Source of the DNA: Chiloscyllium plagiosum
Taxonomy: Eukaryota
NCBI RefSeq assembly: GCF_004010195.1
Contig: NC_057718.1
Span: forward strand, 99,491,273 to 99,555,272
DNA length: 64,000 nucleotides
Direction of reading: 5' to 3'
In this document: in pieces, positions 1-12,104 of the stretch
Layout: the number at the start of each line of letters is the position of its first letter
Numbering within the stretch: position 1 is the first letter of the stretch
Notes under the pieces: model-generated
Told to the model about the DNA's origin: nothing
Seen by the model: the letters and a program-made list of their open reading frames with translations, nothing else
Database searches by the model: none
Position numbers and translations under genes: made by a program

Positions 1-143
1 GTGACCAGGGGTTGGGACGGAGTGGGGACAGTGACCAGGGGGCTGGGGTGGAGTGGGGACAGTGACCAAGGGGATGGGGCGGAGTGGGGTCAGTGACCAG
101 GGGTTGGGACGGAGTGGGGACAGTGACCAGGGGTCTGGGGTGG
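1..143. repeat. G-rich minisatellite, 30-31 bp unit, ~4.7 copies visible (truncated by window start)
   Basis: Units GTGACCAGGGG..GGG..GGAGTGGGGACA start at 1, 31, 62, 93 and 123. Confidence 0.95.
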
Positions 144-835
144 CCTACCTAAGGTGGTACTGTGTGTTGAAGATACTGTGCACATTTCACTGCACTCCTG
201 TTCTTCTGTAACTTGAACACATGCGACAGTAAACCTAATTCTAATCCTAACTCCAATCACAAGTTACTAAGCAACCTGGCCACAGGGAAGGCCAGCATTT
301 GTTACCCATTCCTCATTACCCCGTGAGAAGGTGGGGGTGAGCTGCCTTCTTGAATCACTGCAGTCCTTGGAGTTAGGCCTGGTCTCCGTCAAGTGGGATG
401 TTGGCTGTTTCAAATGTGCTCTATAACAATTGATTTTATCGACATTTCTGGTTCACAAGTGATAATTGATTTGCGGAGTGCTAAAGCGTCCTCTATTCAT
501 TGTTTATGATGCACCCCTTTCTCAATCCTTGTCTGTGGTTTTTCTGTGTAACCATTTTATAAATTGCTGGGTCAAAATCCTGGAGCCATTTCTCTCAGAA
601 CATTACGCATCTCTCTACACTCCAAGGACTGCAGCAGTTCAAGAAGGTGACTCACCACCAACTTCTCACGGGATAATTAGGAATGGGCAATAAAGGAAGT
701 CCTTGCCTGTGACCTCTGCACCATAGCAAGAGTTTAATAAATGGTACTAACACCAGCAAACAAAACTAATTTTCTATAATGGAGGTGGGCACTTACACAC
801 ATCTGAAATCTCCCAGGCTACACACAGCTGGTACT

Positions 836-1105
836 GGGGCGGCATAGTGGCCCATTAACCAACACTGCTGCCTCACAGTTCAATTCCAGCCTCGGGCAAC
901 TTCCTGTGAGGAGTTTGCACGTTCTCTCCGTGTCTGCGTGGGCTCCCTCCGGGTGCTCCGGTTACCACCCACAGTCCAAAGGTGTGCATCTTAGGTGGAT
1001 TGGCCCATGGGAAATGCAGGGTTTAAGGCAGTGGGTCTGGGTGGGATGCTCTTTGGAGGGCCAGTGTGGATTCGACGCACTGGATCCAAACTGTAGGCAT
1101 TCTAT
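836..1105 (+). mobile_element. HE1-like tRNA-derived V-SINE (degenerate)
   Basis: tRNA-like head and V-domain GAGTTTGCACGTTCTCTCCGTGTCTGCGTGGG..CCGGGTGCTCCGG; matches other copies in the window. Confidence 0.85.
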
Positions 1106-2706
1106 GAAACTTGTGATCAAGCCATTTATGGGATGAGGAGCTTCAATTATGAAGCCGGATTGAGAAGGTGGGACTGTGAGAAGACTTGATTGAAGTTGTG
1201 AGGCTTCAAAAGGATATTGGACGTTTACCTGGATGGAAATAGTGTGCAAGGAGTTTACAGGGGTCAAAGCTGGAGGTTGGGGCTGGGGAATGATGCTCGT
1301 TTGAAGAGACAGTACGAACGTAATGAGCTCCTTTTGCTCCGTAACACTGCAATAATTCTGTCATCTCGACAGAGTAGGCAGGGCAAAGCTCTCCCCTTCA
1401 GTGCAAAGTCCAACAACGAGAGGACGCAAGTCAGAAGTGACTTAAGAAAGAAAAGCCTTCTTGTGCACGAGCCAATTGCTTTGCCAGAGACTGCGGTGGA
1501 GCCAGGACCAATTGAAGCATTCAAGATAGAATGAGACACTGACTTCAGAAGGAAGAATGTGCAGGTGGGAGGTCAGGGCAATGACACCGAGTGAAGAGCT
1601 CATTCGGAGAGCTGGCCCAGGCACTACGGGCTGAATGGCCTCATTCTGTGCTGGAACGAGCCTGTGAAGGTGATACTGGAAAGGTTGAGCACAAGTCACC
1701 AAACAACAGGAGAGAAGGCGATATTCAAGGCCACACTACAGGCCAGGATTGGGGGAGCTGCAAGATATTGGATGGTTGCAGAGCTGCTGTCGTTATAGAA
1801 ATAGGGAGAGGTCACGGTGGAATTTGGAATGAATAAACCAGGGCTTTTCCTATCAATGCTGCATTGTTGGAATCATTGTGGATTTGTGTAACTTATTGTC
1901 TCAAAAGTTAAGTCTGTCATAAAGAGAAATGACTCAGATCAATCCAAAGAGATACCCCTCACCTCTCCCTGAAGTATCTCCATGTTTTCTATGTCAATGA
2001 GGTCATCATCACAACTTGTTTATCTGTGCTTTGGGAACCTCTGCAATTACATCCAAAGGCTTTGTGAGAAATTATCTGTCTAATCAGCCTGAGGGCCACA
2101 CGTCAATACATGAGTCACTTCACTTCAGTGAGAGGCAACTGTTTCACACATTGAACCTGCCTTCAGCCTTCAAAGCTGAATCAACCTGGTTGTCCCAGAG
2201 AAGATCAACAATGGAGCTCTCATCTGGAGGTGGGAAATGGTCCAAATGTCACATTGGAACTTCCAATCTTCTCAATGGGGTGTGAGTCCTGTTCAAAGTC
2301 TTGGTTAACCCACTCCACTGTAGGATCATATGGGCGATGGGCCGAGGAGTGGCAGATGGAGTTTAATTTAGATAAATGTGCTGCATTTTGGTAGGGCAGG
2401 ACTTATACACTTAATGGCAAGGTCCTGGGGAGTGATGGTTAGAGTGGTGCTGGAAAAGCACAACAGGTCAGGCAGCATCCGAGGAGCAGGAAAACTGGCG
2501 TTTTGGACAAAAGAGACGTTGGGGTGCAGGTTCATAGTTCCTTGAAAGTGGAGTCACTGGTAGACAGGGTGGTGAAGAAGGCTTTTAGTAAGCCTGACTT
2601 TACTGGTCAGTGCACTGACAATAGGAGTTAGGAGGGCATGTTGCAGCTGTCCAGAACATTGATTAGGCCACTTTTAGAATACGGATCGTTCTGCTATAAC
2701 ACAACA

Positions 2707-2905
2707 AACACAGACTTATATATACCGGCCACTACAGCGGACAGCGGAAACTGACAGCCGGAAGCGGCAGGGACAGGCCACTATAAATGCCGGAGGAAAC
2801 ACCACAGAAGCGCTTCACAGGAGGCTCCCAAGCACTGAGGATGTCACCTAGACAAGGGACGAAACGTTTGCAACAAAAACTTCCAGCTCGGCGAACAGAA
2901 CCACA
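2707..2905 (+). mobile_element. Penelope-like element 3' end with hammerhead core
   Basis: Flanked by 11 bp duplication ATAACACAACA (2696-2706 and 2906-2916); related to the 35111-35464 family (TTCCAGCTC.GCGA.CA). Confidence 0.75.
2835..2868 (+). ncRNA. Minimal hammerhead ribozyme core
   Basis: CTGAGGA-T-GTCACC TAGACAA GGGAC-GAAACGTT; GCA/TGC short helix I. Confidence 0.7.
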
Positions 2906-3639
2906 ATAACACAACAGTTATGTTCCTCTGTAGTCCCATGTTAGAGAAAAATCACGCCATGGAAAACCTGCTAGAGAAGATCGTGCTGTAGTAGATTGCT
3001 AATAGAAAATCATTATACCTGTTCAGTAGAAACTTTGCATTGTCCAAACAACGTCCACAATTCGTCAATCGCATTATAGTCAATTCACACTGACAAAATA
3101 CATGCTATACCTGTACTGTATTGAATTCTAGTGTCCCTGCTGTAGGAATGATGTTGCTAAACTTAAAACAGTTCAAAAAGATTTACAAGGATGTTGCTGG
3201 GGTTGGAGGGTTTGGGCTATAGGGACAGGTTGAATAGGCTGGGGCTGTTTTCCCTGGAGCACTGGAGGCTGAGGAGTGATCTTATAGAGGTTTATAAAAT
3301 CATGAGGGGCGTAAATCAAGTGAATAGGCAAAGTCTTTTCCCTGAGGTGGGGCGGTCCAGAACTAGAGGCCATAGGTTTAGGGTGAGAGGGGAAAGATAT
3401 AAAAGAGACCCAAGGGCCAACTTTTTCATCCAGAGGTTGGTGTGCGTATGGAATGAGCTGCCAGAGGAAGTGGTGGAGGCTGGCACAATTACAATATTTA
3501 AAAGGAATCTGGATGGGTAAATGAATAGGAAGGGTTTAGTGGGATATGGGCCAAGTGCTGGTAGGTGGGATGAGATTGGGTTGGGATATCTGGTCAGCAC
3601 AGACGGGTTGGACCAAAGGTTCTGTCTCTATGACTCGAT

Positions 3640-4226
3640 GTCTTGTTGCAGCTGTACAAGACGTTGATGAGGCCATTTTTGGTGTACTGTGTATCGTTCT
3701 GATCGCCCTACTGTAGAAAAAACATCATTAAACTTGGAAGAGTTCAGAAAAGGTTTACTAGGATGCTACCTGGACTGGGAGGTTTGAGTTATATGGAGAG
3801 GTTGGATAGGCTGGGATATTTTGCCCTGGAGCATAGGAGGCTGAGGGGTGACCTTGTAGAGGTCTATGAAATCATGACAGGCATATTGATAAGGTAGATA
3901 GCTGACAGTTTTCCCAGGATCAGGGAGTCTAAAAACTAGAGGGTGCAGGTTGAAGGAGAGTGGGGAAAGTTCCAGAAGGGTCCAGAGGGGCAATGTTTTC
4001 ACACACAGGGTGGCTGTGTCTGGAACAGGCTGCCAGAGGTAGTGGTGGAGGCAAATACAATTCTGTCACTTAAGAAACATTTGGACAGGTACATGGATGG
4101 GATAGGGATGGAGGGATGTGGATCAAACACAGGTAAATGGGACTTGTTCAATTGTTAAAACTGTGTGGCATGGGGAAGTTGGGCCGAAGGGCCTGGTTCC
4201 ATACTGTGGACCTCTATGACTCTCTA
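3640..4226 (+). mobile_element. CR1-type LINE 3' fragment
   Basis: Degenerate ORF2 end (WNRLPEVVVEA..KKHLDRYM) and CTCTATGACTCTCTA tail. Confidence 0.88.
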
Positions 4227-4582
4227 AAGGGATTGGGGGGGTGGGGTGTCCAAAAGCAGAAAGAGAGTTGGTTGATTATCCATGACTTTGTTGAATGGTA
4301 GACAGGTAGGAGGATGGAAGAACACAGCAAGCCCAATGCTGCCTGCCTTGTTGCGCTCTCCAAGCCTCCTGCCTCTCTTTTTTGGACTCCAGCATTTGCA
4401 GCTTTTTTGTCTCTAACCATATTGAATGATGTAGCAGAAGTGAAGGGCTGGATGGGCTACTCCTCCCTATTTCAGTCTGAGTTGGACTAGTAAGTGTCAT
4501 TTGCCAGTTTTACTTATTCCTTTCACAAGTCAGAAAGCCTGGCCTGCCCAGCCTATCTCACAGTGTGTGCACCCACAGCATC

Positions 4583-4893
4583 CCTATAGTGTGGAAGCAG
4601 GTCTTTTGGCCCATCAAGTCTGCACTAACCCTCCAGAGAGCATCCCACTCCTCCTACCGTATCCCTGCGCTTCCCATGGCTAACCCACCTAAGCCTGCAC
4701 ATCCCTGGACAATTTAGCCTGGCCCAATCCATGCACATCTTTGGACTGTGGGAGGAAACTGGTGCACCCAGGGGAAACCCATACAGACACAGGGAGAATG
4801 TGCAAACTCCACACAGACAGTCACCCCAAGGCTGGAACCGAACCCAGGTCCCTGGCGCTGTGAGGCAGCAGTGCTAACCACTGAGCCATCGTG
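4583..4893 (-). mobile_element. HE1-like V-SINE
   Basis: Reverse complement of tRNA head (GGCTCAGTGGTTAGCACTGCTGCCTCACAGCGCCAGGGACC) plus V-domain. Confidence 0.9.
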
Positions 4894-5894
4894 TCATCCT
4901 ATCATGCTCTGCATTGTAGGCACACCCACATCCCCATTCCCAGTTATGAGGAACACTAAAAGGTGGGATCATTGCACTGGCGACAAAACACCTCAGGACA
5001 GACAAGGAGAGGGCTGGGGGGAAAAAAAAACTAACTGCTGTGACATTCTGTAACTGGAATAGTGAGAGGCCATGGCAGACTGAGTGTTAACGACCCAGTA
5101 ATGAGGCGACGTATGACATGTTGCACATGTGACATTTCAGGAAATGACCCAAAACTCACCCAGCTATTATTATTTTGGCCCGCAGGTAAATTACTGCCAG
5201 AGGTTTACCATTCTCCGGACTGACTGTTTAAAAGGAGACATGTGTCAAATGTCTGGGTTCTATCGCTCATTCCCAAAAAGCTGTGTGCAAAGGGTGTGCA
5301 AAATGGTTAGAGGTTCAAAAATATTCCAGTCTGTCTCAATATTATGAATAACAAATGTTAGATGATTGGATTTAATTACATATAATTATTTCAGTTGTCA
5401 TGTTAAAGTTCACTTAATTAAGCTTTCCCCCTCTGTATTTGTAAGCTATATCAAATAACACTAAACCTTGGGCTGTCAGACTCATATGGCACTAGGAGAA
5501 AGCATTAGCACCGGGACTGATGCACAACTCCTGCCTTACTCAATGGGCTTTCCATAACACCACCTTCCTGCTATAATCACAGTTTCTCTTACCGGTTTAA
5601 CATAACAGGAAAATGCTGTAGCTAAAGTCCCCCTTCCCATCATCAGTGTCTACACTTTAATTATGACACTTGCAAGGATACATGCTAATCACGTCCAATT
5701 TGACATATGCAAATTAAGAGAATTGTAAAACAAGCACTCCAACGTAACTCCCAAAAGAGACACGTTTATTATTTTAAGACAGGAGAAAAGATTGACTTGG
5801 TATTCTTACGAGGCCATATTTACATATACAACTAAGAATGGCGAGCTATTGGCTTTCAGAGTTCTCAAATATCCAGTCAGGTTTCACTGCACTT

Positions 5895-6205
5895 AGATTA
5901 GATTCCCTACAGTGTGGAAACAGACCCTTCGGCCCAACAAGTCCACACTGACCCTCTGAATGGTAACCCACCAGGACCCATTTCCCTCTGACTAATGCAC
6001 CTAACACTACGGGCAATTTCTCATGGTCAATTCACCTGATCTGCACATCTTTGGACTGTAGGAGGAAACCGGAGCACCCGGAGGAAATCCACGCAGACAC
6101 AGGGAGAATGTGCAAACTCCACACAGACAGTCGCCCGAGGCTGGAATCAAACCTGGGACCCTGGTGCTGTGAGGCAGCAGTGCTAACCACTGAGCCACCG
6201 CGCCA
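5895..6205 (-). mobile_element. HE1-like V-SINE, near full length
   Basis: A/B-box tRNA head, V-domain, CR1-like tail ending GGGAATCTAATCTAA. Confidence 0.92.
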
Positions 6206-6655
6206 GTTATTTCTGTGATGTCCTACATTTGTTGAGTATTTGGGCAATGTTAAATTGGCTAGCTGCTGCATGATTGTTTATTTCTGTCACGAGGTGGATT
6301 GTATAATGATCAGGTAAAATTACTAGCAACCATGTGAATCCTCATATTGTTCATAGGCTCTATTCCAATACACAGATACATCCCATTGTCTATATCTTAG
6401 GGCAGTGAAAGGAAAAGAGTCTACTTTATAAAGGCATTGAATCCAGACCAATCAGGCTTGTACCTTTAAGAAAGTTACATGAATTAGCAACACATGTATG
6501 AAGTTTTCCATCTTACCTTCAGTCTCTATCTGTGTGTAATGCAGTCAGTAAAAGTGTCTTCAATCAGTCAGTAGCGTCTATGTAAGGTACAGGAACCCAG
6601 TTAAAAGCAGATCCCAGACTATGTATACAATTTTGAAATATTCTAGCATTATAAA

Positions 6656-6870
6656 TACAGATTGTTTTGAAATAACGTGCATTTTGTCAACACAAATTCG
6701 CTATAACGCGATTGATGAATAGAGATCGCTGTTTCTAAAGTGCAAGTTTTTAAAACATGTGATGGCTATAATGCGATTATATCGCCAACACTTTCAGTGC
6801 TATTTTATTGCGCAATTTTTATATAACGCAGGATCACACAAGAAAGCAACTATCGCGGAATAGCAGATAT
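6656..6870. mobile_element. MITE-like DNA transposon remnant
   Basis: TACAG start and internal AATTCGCTATAACGCGATTGA motif shared with the 2680-3120 and 36381-36604 copies. Confidence 0.55.
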
Positions 6871-7354
6871 GTAGCTAATGTTGTAAACAAACTTCAAGAG
6901 ATTTGTCTCAAAAAGAATCTGACATTCGTTAGTAATATGGGCTAACATATGAAAAACTACAAATCATACCTTGGTGGCTTACGTTAGTTTAGAGTTAGCT
7001 ATAAATGTCAAATAATGTTTACTACCTCCAACAAACCAGTACAAAGCATTGTGAGCAGGGATTTCATTCCAATAGGCTTCAATTTCCAGATTTCTGAAGG
7101 TAGATCTGGTTGCCATGAAATCCAGTTGCTATGGAACCTACTTGTCATTACTTTGAACTTAATACTGTTTCCTTAATCAATTAGAACTAATTAGAAAGCT
7201 TCTATCATGCAGAAATGCTCTTCCTTTCTCAAAAGGACACAAACAATAGACTACAAATTATCATTAAAACAAAAAGAATCCAGCAAGCAACAATGATATT
7301 TTCTGTTGTTATCATGCACTCTTTTCCCATCAGCACCCATCAATCACCAGCAGA

Positions 7355-7755
7355 TTATGGCTACAAGAGCAGGTCAGAGGCTGGGAATCTTGTAACCAGT
7401 AACTCACCTGCTAACTCCCCTAAACATGTCCCCATAATCTCCAAGGCACAAGTCAGGAGTGTGATGGAATGGTACCCACTTGCCTGGATGGGTGCAGCTC
7501 CGACAACACTCAGTAAGCTTGACACCATCCAGGACAAAGCAGCCCATTTGATTGGCACCACATCCACAAACATCCACTCCCTCCACCACAGATACTCAAT
7601 AGCAGCAGTGTGTACTACAAGGTGCACTGCACATGGTCTTCAAGGTCCTTAGACAGCACCTTTTAAACTCATGACTACTTCCATCGAGAAGCATAAGGGC
7701 AGCAGATACATGGGAGCACCACTACCTGTAAGTATCCCCTCCAAACCATTCACCA
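7355..7755 (+). mobile_element. Second CR1-group LINE family, ORF2 3' fragment
   Basis: KAQVRSVMEWYPLAWMGAAPTTLSKLDTIQDKAAHLIG; similar copies at 48055-48522 and 49340-50030. Confidence 0.8.
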
Positions 7756-7979
7756 TGATGAATTCAATGCCCCTGTCCATTAATCCTTCCATTGAGGGGT
7801 AAGGTTTCTTCCCCTCTACCCTGTCCACGTCCGTCACAGTTTTAAACATCTCCATCATGTCCCTTTTCAATCTCGTCTGCTCTAAGGAAAGCATCCGTGG
7901 CCTATCCAATTTCTTTTCATGACTGAAGCTCTGGAGCCCAGGCAACATCCTGGTAAATCTCTTCTGCTCCCTCTCCAGT

Positions 7980-9964
7980 AATGGGCTTGTTAGTGGGTGA
8001 GCATTTTGGTGATGATGACCACAATTCTGTCACTTTCACCTTGGTTATGGAGAGAGATAGGTGCGTGCAACAGGGCAGGTTTTACAATTGGGGGAAGGGT
8101 AAATACGATGCTGCAAGACAGGATCTGAGGAGCATAAATTGGGAGCACAGGCTGTCAGGGAAGGATGTCGTTGAAATGTGGAACTTTTTCAAGGAACAGA
8201 TACGACGTGTCCTTGATATGTATGTACCTGTCAGGCAGGAAAGAGTTAGTCGTGTGAGGGAACCTTGGTTGATGAGGGAGGTTGAATGTCTTGTTTGGAG
8301 GAAGAAGGAGGCTTACATAAGGTTGAGGTAACAAGGTTCAGACAGAGCATTGGAGGGATACAGGATAGCCAGGAGGGAGCTGAAGAAAGGGATTAGGAGA
8401 GCTCAGAGAGGGCATGAAAATTTTTTGGCGGGTAGGATCAAGGATAACCCCAATGCCTTTTATGCGTATGTGAGAAACATGAGAATGACGAGAACGAGGG
8501 TAGGTTCGATCAAGGACAGTAGTGGGAAACTGTGTATTGAGTCGGAAGAGATAAGTGAGGTCTTGAATGTGTACTTTTCTTCAGTATTTACAAACGAGAG
8601 GGACNNNNNNNNNNNNNNNNNNNNNNNNNNNNNNNNNNNNNNNNNNNNNNNNNNNNNNNNNNNNNNNNNNNNNNNNNNNNNNNNNNNNNNNNNNNNNNNN
8701 NNNNNNNNNNNNNNNNNNNNNNNNNNNNNNNNNNNNNNNNNNNNNNNNNNNNNNNNNNNNNNNNNNNNNNNNNNNNNNNNNNNNNNNNNNNNNNNNNNNN
8801 NNNNNNNNNNNNNNNNNNNNNNNNNNNNNNNNNNNNNNNNNNNNNNNNNNNNNNNNNNNNNNNNNNNNNNNNNNNNNNNNNNNNNNNNNNNNNNNNNNNN
8901 NNNNNNNNNNNNNNNNNNNNNNNNNNNNNNNNNNNNNNNNNNNNNNNNNNNNNNNNNNNNNNNNNNNNNNNNNNNNNNNNNNNNNNNNNNNNNNNNNNNN
9001 NNNNNNNNNNNNNNNNNNNNNNNNNNNNNNNNNNNNNNNNNNNNNNNNNNNNNNNNNNNNNNNNNNNNNNNNNNNNNNNNNNNNNNNNNNNNNNNNNNNN
9101 NNNNNNNNNNNNNNNNNNNNNNNNNNNNNNNNNNNNNNNNNNNNNNNNNNNNNNNNNNNNNNNNNNNNNNNNNNNNNNNNNNNNNNNNNNNNNNNNNNNN
9201 NNNNNNNNNNNNNNNNGAGGTTGTCTATTTTGGAAGGACAAATAAGAATGCGGAATACAGGGTTAATGGTAGGGTTCTTAGTCAGGTGGAGGAACAGAGG
9301 GATCTTGGGGTCTATGTACATAGATCTTTGAAGGTTGCCACTCAGGTGGATAGAGTTTGTAAGAAGGCCTATGGAGTATTATCGTTCATTAGCAGAGGGA
9401 TTGAATTCAAGAGTCGTGAATTGATGTTGCAACTGTACAGGACTTTGATTAGGTCACATTTGGAGTACTGTGTGCAGTTTTGGTCGCCTCACTTTAGGAT
9501 GGATGTGGAAGCTTTGGAGAGGGTGCAGAGAAGATTTACCAGGATGTTGCCTGGAATGGAGTGGAAGTCGTACGAGGATAGGTTGAGAGTTCTCGGCCTT
9601 TTCTTGTTGGAACGGCGAAGGATGAGGGGTGGCTTGATAGAGGTTTATAAGATGATCAGGGGAATAGATAGAGTAGACAGTCAGAGACTTTTTCCCCGGG
9701 TACAACAGAGTGTTACAAGGGGACATAAATTTAAGGTGAAGGGTGGAAGGTATGGGGGGATGTCAGGGGTGGGTTCTTTACCCAGAGAGTGGTGGGGGCA
9801 TGGAATGCGCTGCCTGTGGGAGTGGCAGAGTCAGAATCATTGGTGACCTTTAAGCGGCAATTGGATAGGTACATAGATAGGTGCTTAAGCTAGGACAAAT
9901 ATTCGGCACAACATCGTGGGCCGAAGGGCCTGTTCTGTGCTGCATTGTTCTATGTTCTATGTTC
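7980..9964 (+). mobile_element. Relatively young CR1 LINE (ORF2 fragment) spanning the assembly gap, inserted into an older antisense CR1 (~7765-7979 and 9965-10120)
   Basis: Long near-open ORF2 peptides (EHFGDDDHNSVTF; IKDNPNAFYAYVR; LEYCVQFWSPH), (ATGTTCT)n tail; host sequence rejoins across CAGT. Confidence 0.92.
8605..9216. other. Assembly gap (612 N)
   Basis: Run of N. Confidence 1.
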
Positions 9965-10645
9965 AGTGCAATCAGATCCCTCCCATAAGGTAGATTCCAG
10001 AACTGCACACAATAATCCAACAGTGCGCTAACCCAACATTTTGTACAGTTGCAGCATGACCTCCCTGCTCTTAAACCTCTCTGCCTCAGCTATTAAAGGC
10101 AGGAATACCAGATACTTACTTAATCAACAGAGCCTTGTTGTTAGTGCTATTGTCTTTTGCCAGTGAGAGTCCCACTTGAAATGGTTCAATATGTTAAACA
10201 ATCTGTATCTGCTGGGTTTATGGCAGGGGCTAAGAAAGATTTCTACTACACCCCCAGATGTGGTAATGTTGCAAATATGTTTCTGAAAAATCTGTTACAA
10301 ATTCTGAAAATCTCTCCATTAGTTGCTTTGAAAGTGAATTGGAAAACTAATTCGAGAAGAGAAAGACATTACAGTGAGAGACAGAGCTGGCCTAGAATGA
10401 ATGGGTCAAATAACTTTTTTTCTGTGCTACACTCTCCAGTGATTTTGAAAACAATATATGTATCTGCTTTCCAATTTGGGACAGCAACAGGGGATGCTGA
10501 AATTGGGAATGACAATGCGGTGTAGGAGCGGACACACCGCTGAGACAGGGGTCAGACGCTGTCCTTTTGAGCTGAGTTAACCTTTGCATCTGACCCCATA
10601 CTGTTGGGATTGCTGGACAGAGTGAACTGATATCCCTCATCTCAT

Positions 10646-10790
10646 ACACACACACGTATACTCACACACACAAGCGCAGACACACACAAGCGCAGACACA
10701 CACAAGCGCAGACACACACAGACAGACACACACACAGACACAGACACACACACACAGACACACACACACAGACACACACACACAGACACA
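10646..10790. repeat. Compound (CA)n/(CAGACACA)n microsatellite
   Basis: Direct inspection. Confidence 0.95.
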
Positions 10791-11609
10791 ATGCTGCATT
10801 TTAATGAGAGTTCAGTGAAGAAAGACTGAGTGACTGTGCTATTTATTTGTTCCCACAGAGCCTGTCTCTCTTATGTCACTGCGTTTACATGACACACAGA
10901 GTTGCTGAAACAGAATTAATAGACCATTACATTCCTCACAGTGTTCGTATACCTCTATCCTGGGAAAATGAACTGCACAATGTTTTGGTTCACTGAAACT
11001 ATATAAAACAACACTTAATGTTTGACTAATGCAGTGAGGATTAAAGTCATGTTGTATATTAAACCTGGTGGGTACATTCTCTACGTTACAAGTGTAATGT
11101 GTTCACATAACTCACTACAGATGTCTTCATGTTTGATTGACATCAAGCAGCAAGCTTTCTTATCGCTGAAAAAAAAACTACAAATCTGTTCCAACATCCC
11201 AAAAGGATGCTGACCTATCTGTTAGAATGTCAATTTTTTTTAATTTGCTATTAGCACTTGATTCAAGTCACAGTCTCTCTTCAGCCAGTCTAAGTTTAAA
11301 AAAATATAGTCTACACTAAAACCCACATCATTTGGTAGTGTGCTTGAGACCAAGAGCATGAACATAAAGCCGTTTTTAAAAATAGAGGGCCAACACAAGT
11401 TTGAAGACCCTGAGATGACATTGAGTTTGATTAATGAGTGTGTTGGGATCAGGCTGAAAGGAATAAAAGTCCTACCCTCAGAAACGTCAGCAGAACCCAT
11501 TGTTGTTGCTGCGTAGAAGACACTAATGGTGTTTGCCCCCATCTCCGGACTGCTACTGTGAAGCAGTGTTGAAATATTCTGCTAGCCTCATGGTTATTTT
11601 GTTGGCCCA

Positions 11610-11835
11610 TGAAAGAATGGCTCAGTTGTGGCTCTTTGGTAAACAGTCTCACCTCTGGCTCTCACCAATCAAATCACACTCCTGGGGCCTGAGTGCATCA
11701 ATCAAGGCTGACACTGCCTCCCACTGAGGGAGTGCTGCACTGTCAGAGGTATTGCGTCTTAGATGAACGGCTAAGCCAAGACGCCATCTGCTTTCTCTAT
11801 TGGCCGTACAGGATGCCACAGCATCATTTAAAGGA
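11610..11835 (+). mobile_element. Deu-domain SINE (SacSINE1/AmnSINE1-like) remnant
   Basis: GCTGACACT..ACTGAGGGAGTGCTGCACTGTCAGAGGT..GATGA.. matches the Deu core as I recall it. Confidence 0.7.
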
Positions 11836-11842
11836 ACTAAAG

Positions 11843-12082
11843 GGGTGGCTCAGTGGTTAGCACAGCTGCCACACGGTATCAGGGACCTGGGTTCAATTCC
11901 AGCCTTGGGTTACTGTCTGGAGTTTGCACTTTCTCCCTGTGGGTGTGCTCTGGTTTCTTCCCACAGTCCAAAGATGCATTAGACCTGGGAAATGCAGGGT
12001 AGGGGATGGGTTTGGTTGGGATGCTCTTTGGAAGGTTGGTGTTGATGGGCCAAATAGCTTGCTTCTACACTGTAGGGATTCT
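11843..12082 (+). mobile_element. HE1-like V-SINE
   Basis: GGTGGCTCAGTGGTTAGCAC head, V-domain, ACACTGTAGGGATTC tail. Confidence 0.85.
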
Positions 12083-12104
12083 TTGAAGTTGCTTTTTTTT
12101 TTAC

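Larger units (their letters stand above)
2680..3120. mobile_element. Non-autonomous DNA transposon (MITE-like), itself interrupted by a PLE end
   Basis: Ends resemble TAC..TCGTTCTGCTATAAC / ..CTGTA; related to 6656-6870 and 36381-36604. Confidence 0.55.
2322..3635 (+). mobile_element. CR1/HER1-type LINE 3' fragment carrying three nested insertions
   Basis: ORF2 C-terminal peptide (YRDRLNRLGLFSLEHWRLRSDLIEVYKIMRG) and CTCTATGACTC tail; interrupted at ~2438-2513 and ~2680-3120. Confidence 0.9.

Noticed and set aside
1963..2040. Minus-strand coding exon ending GAG|GTGAGG
   Set aside because: Stops in all three frames from the best acceptor
6140..6205. tRNA gene
   Set aside because: tRNA-derived SINE head continuing into the V-domain; the same applies to the other A/B-box hits
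8350..9846. 498 aa ORF and overlapping X-rich ORFs
   Set aside because: Artefact of translating through the N gap; the flanks are CR1 ORF2
10157..10525. 122 aa ORF
   Set aside because: Non-ATG start and no recognisable homology
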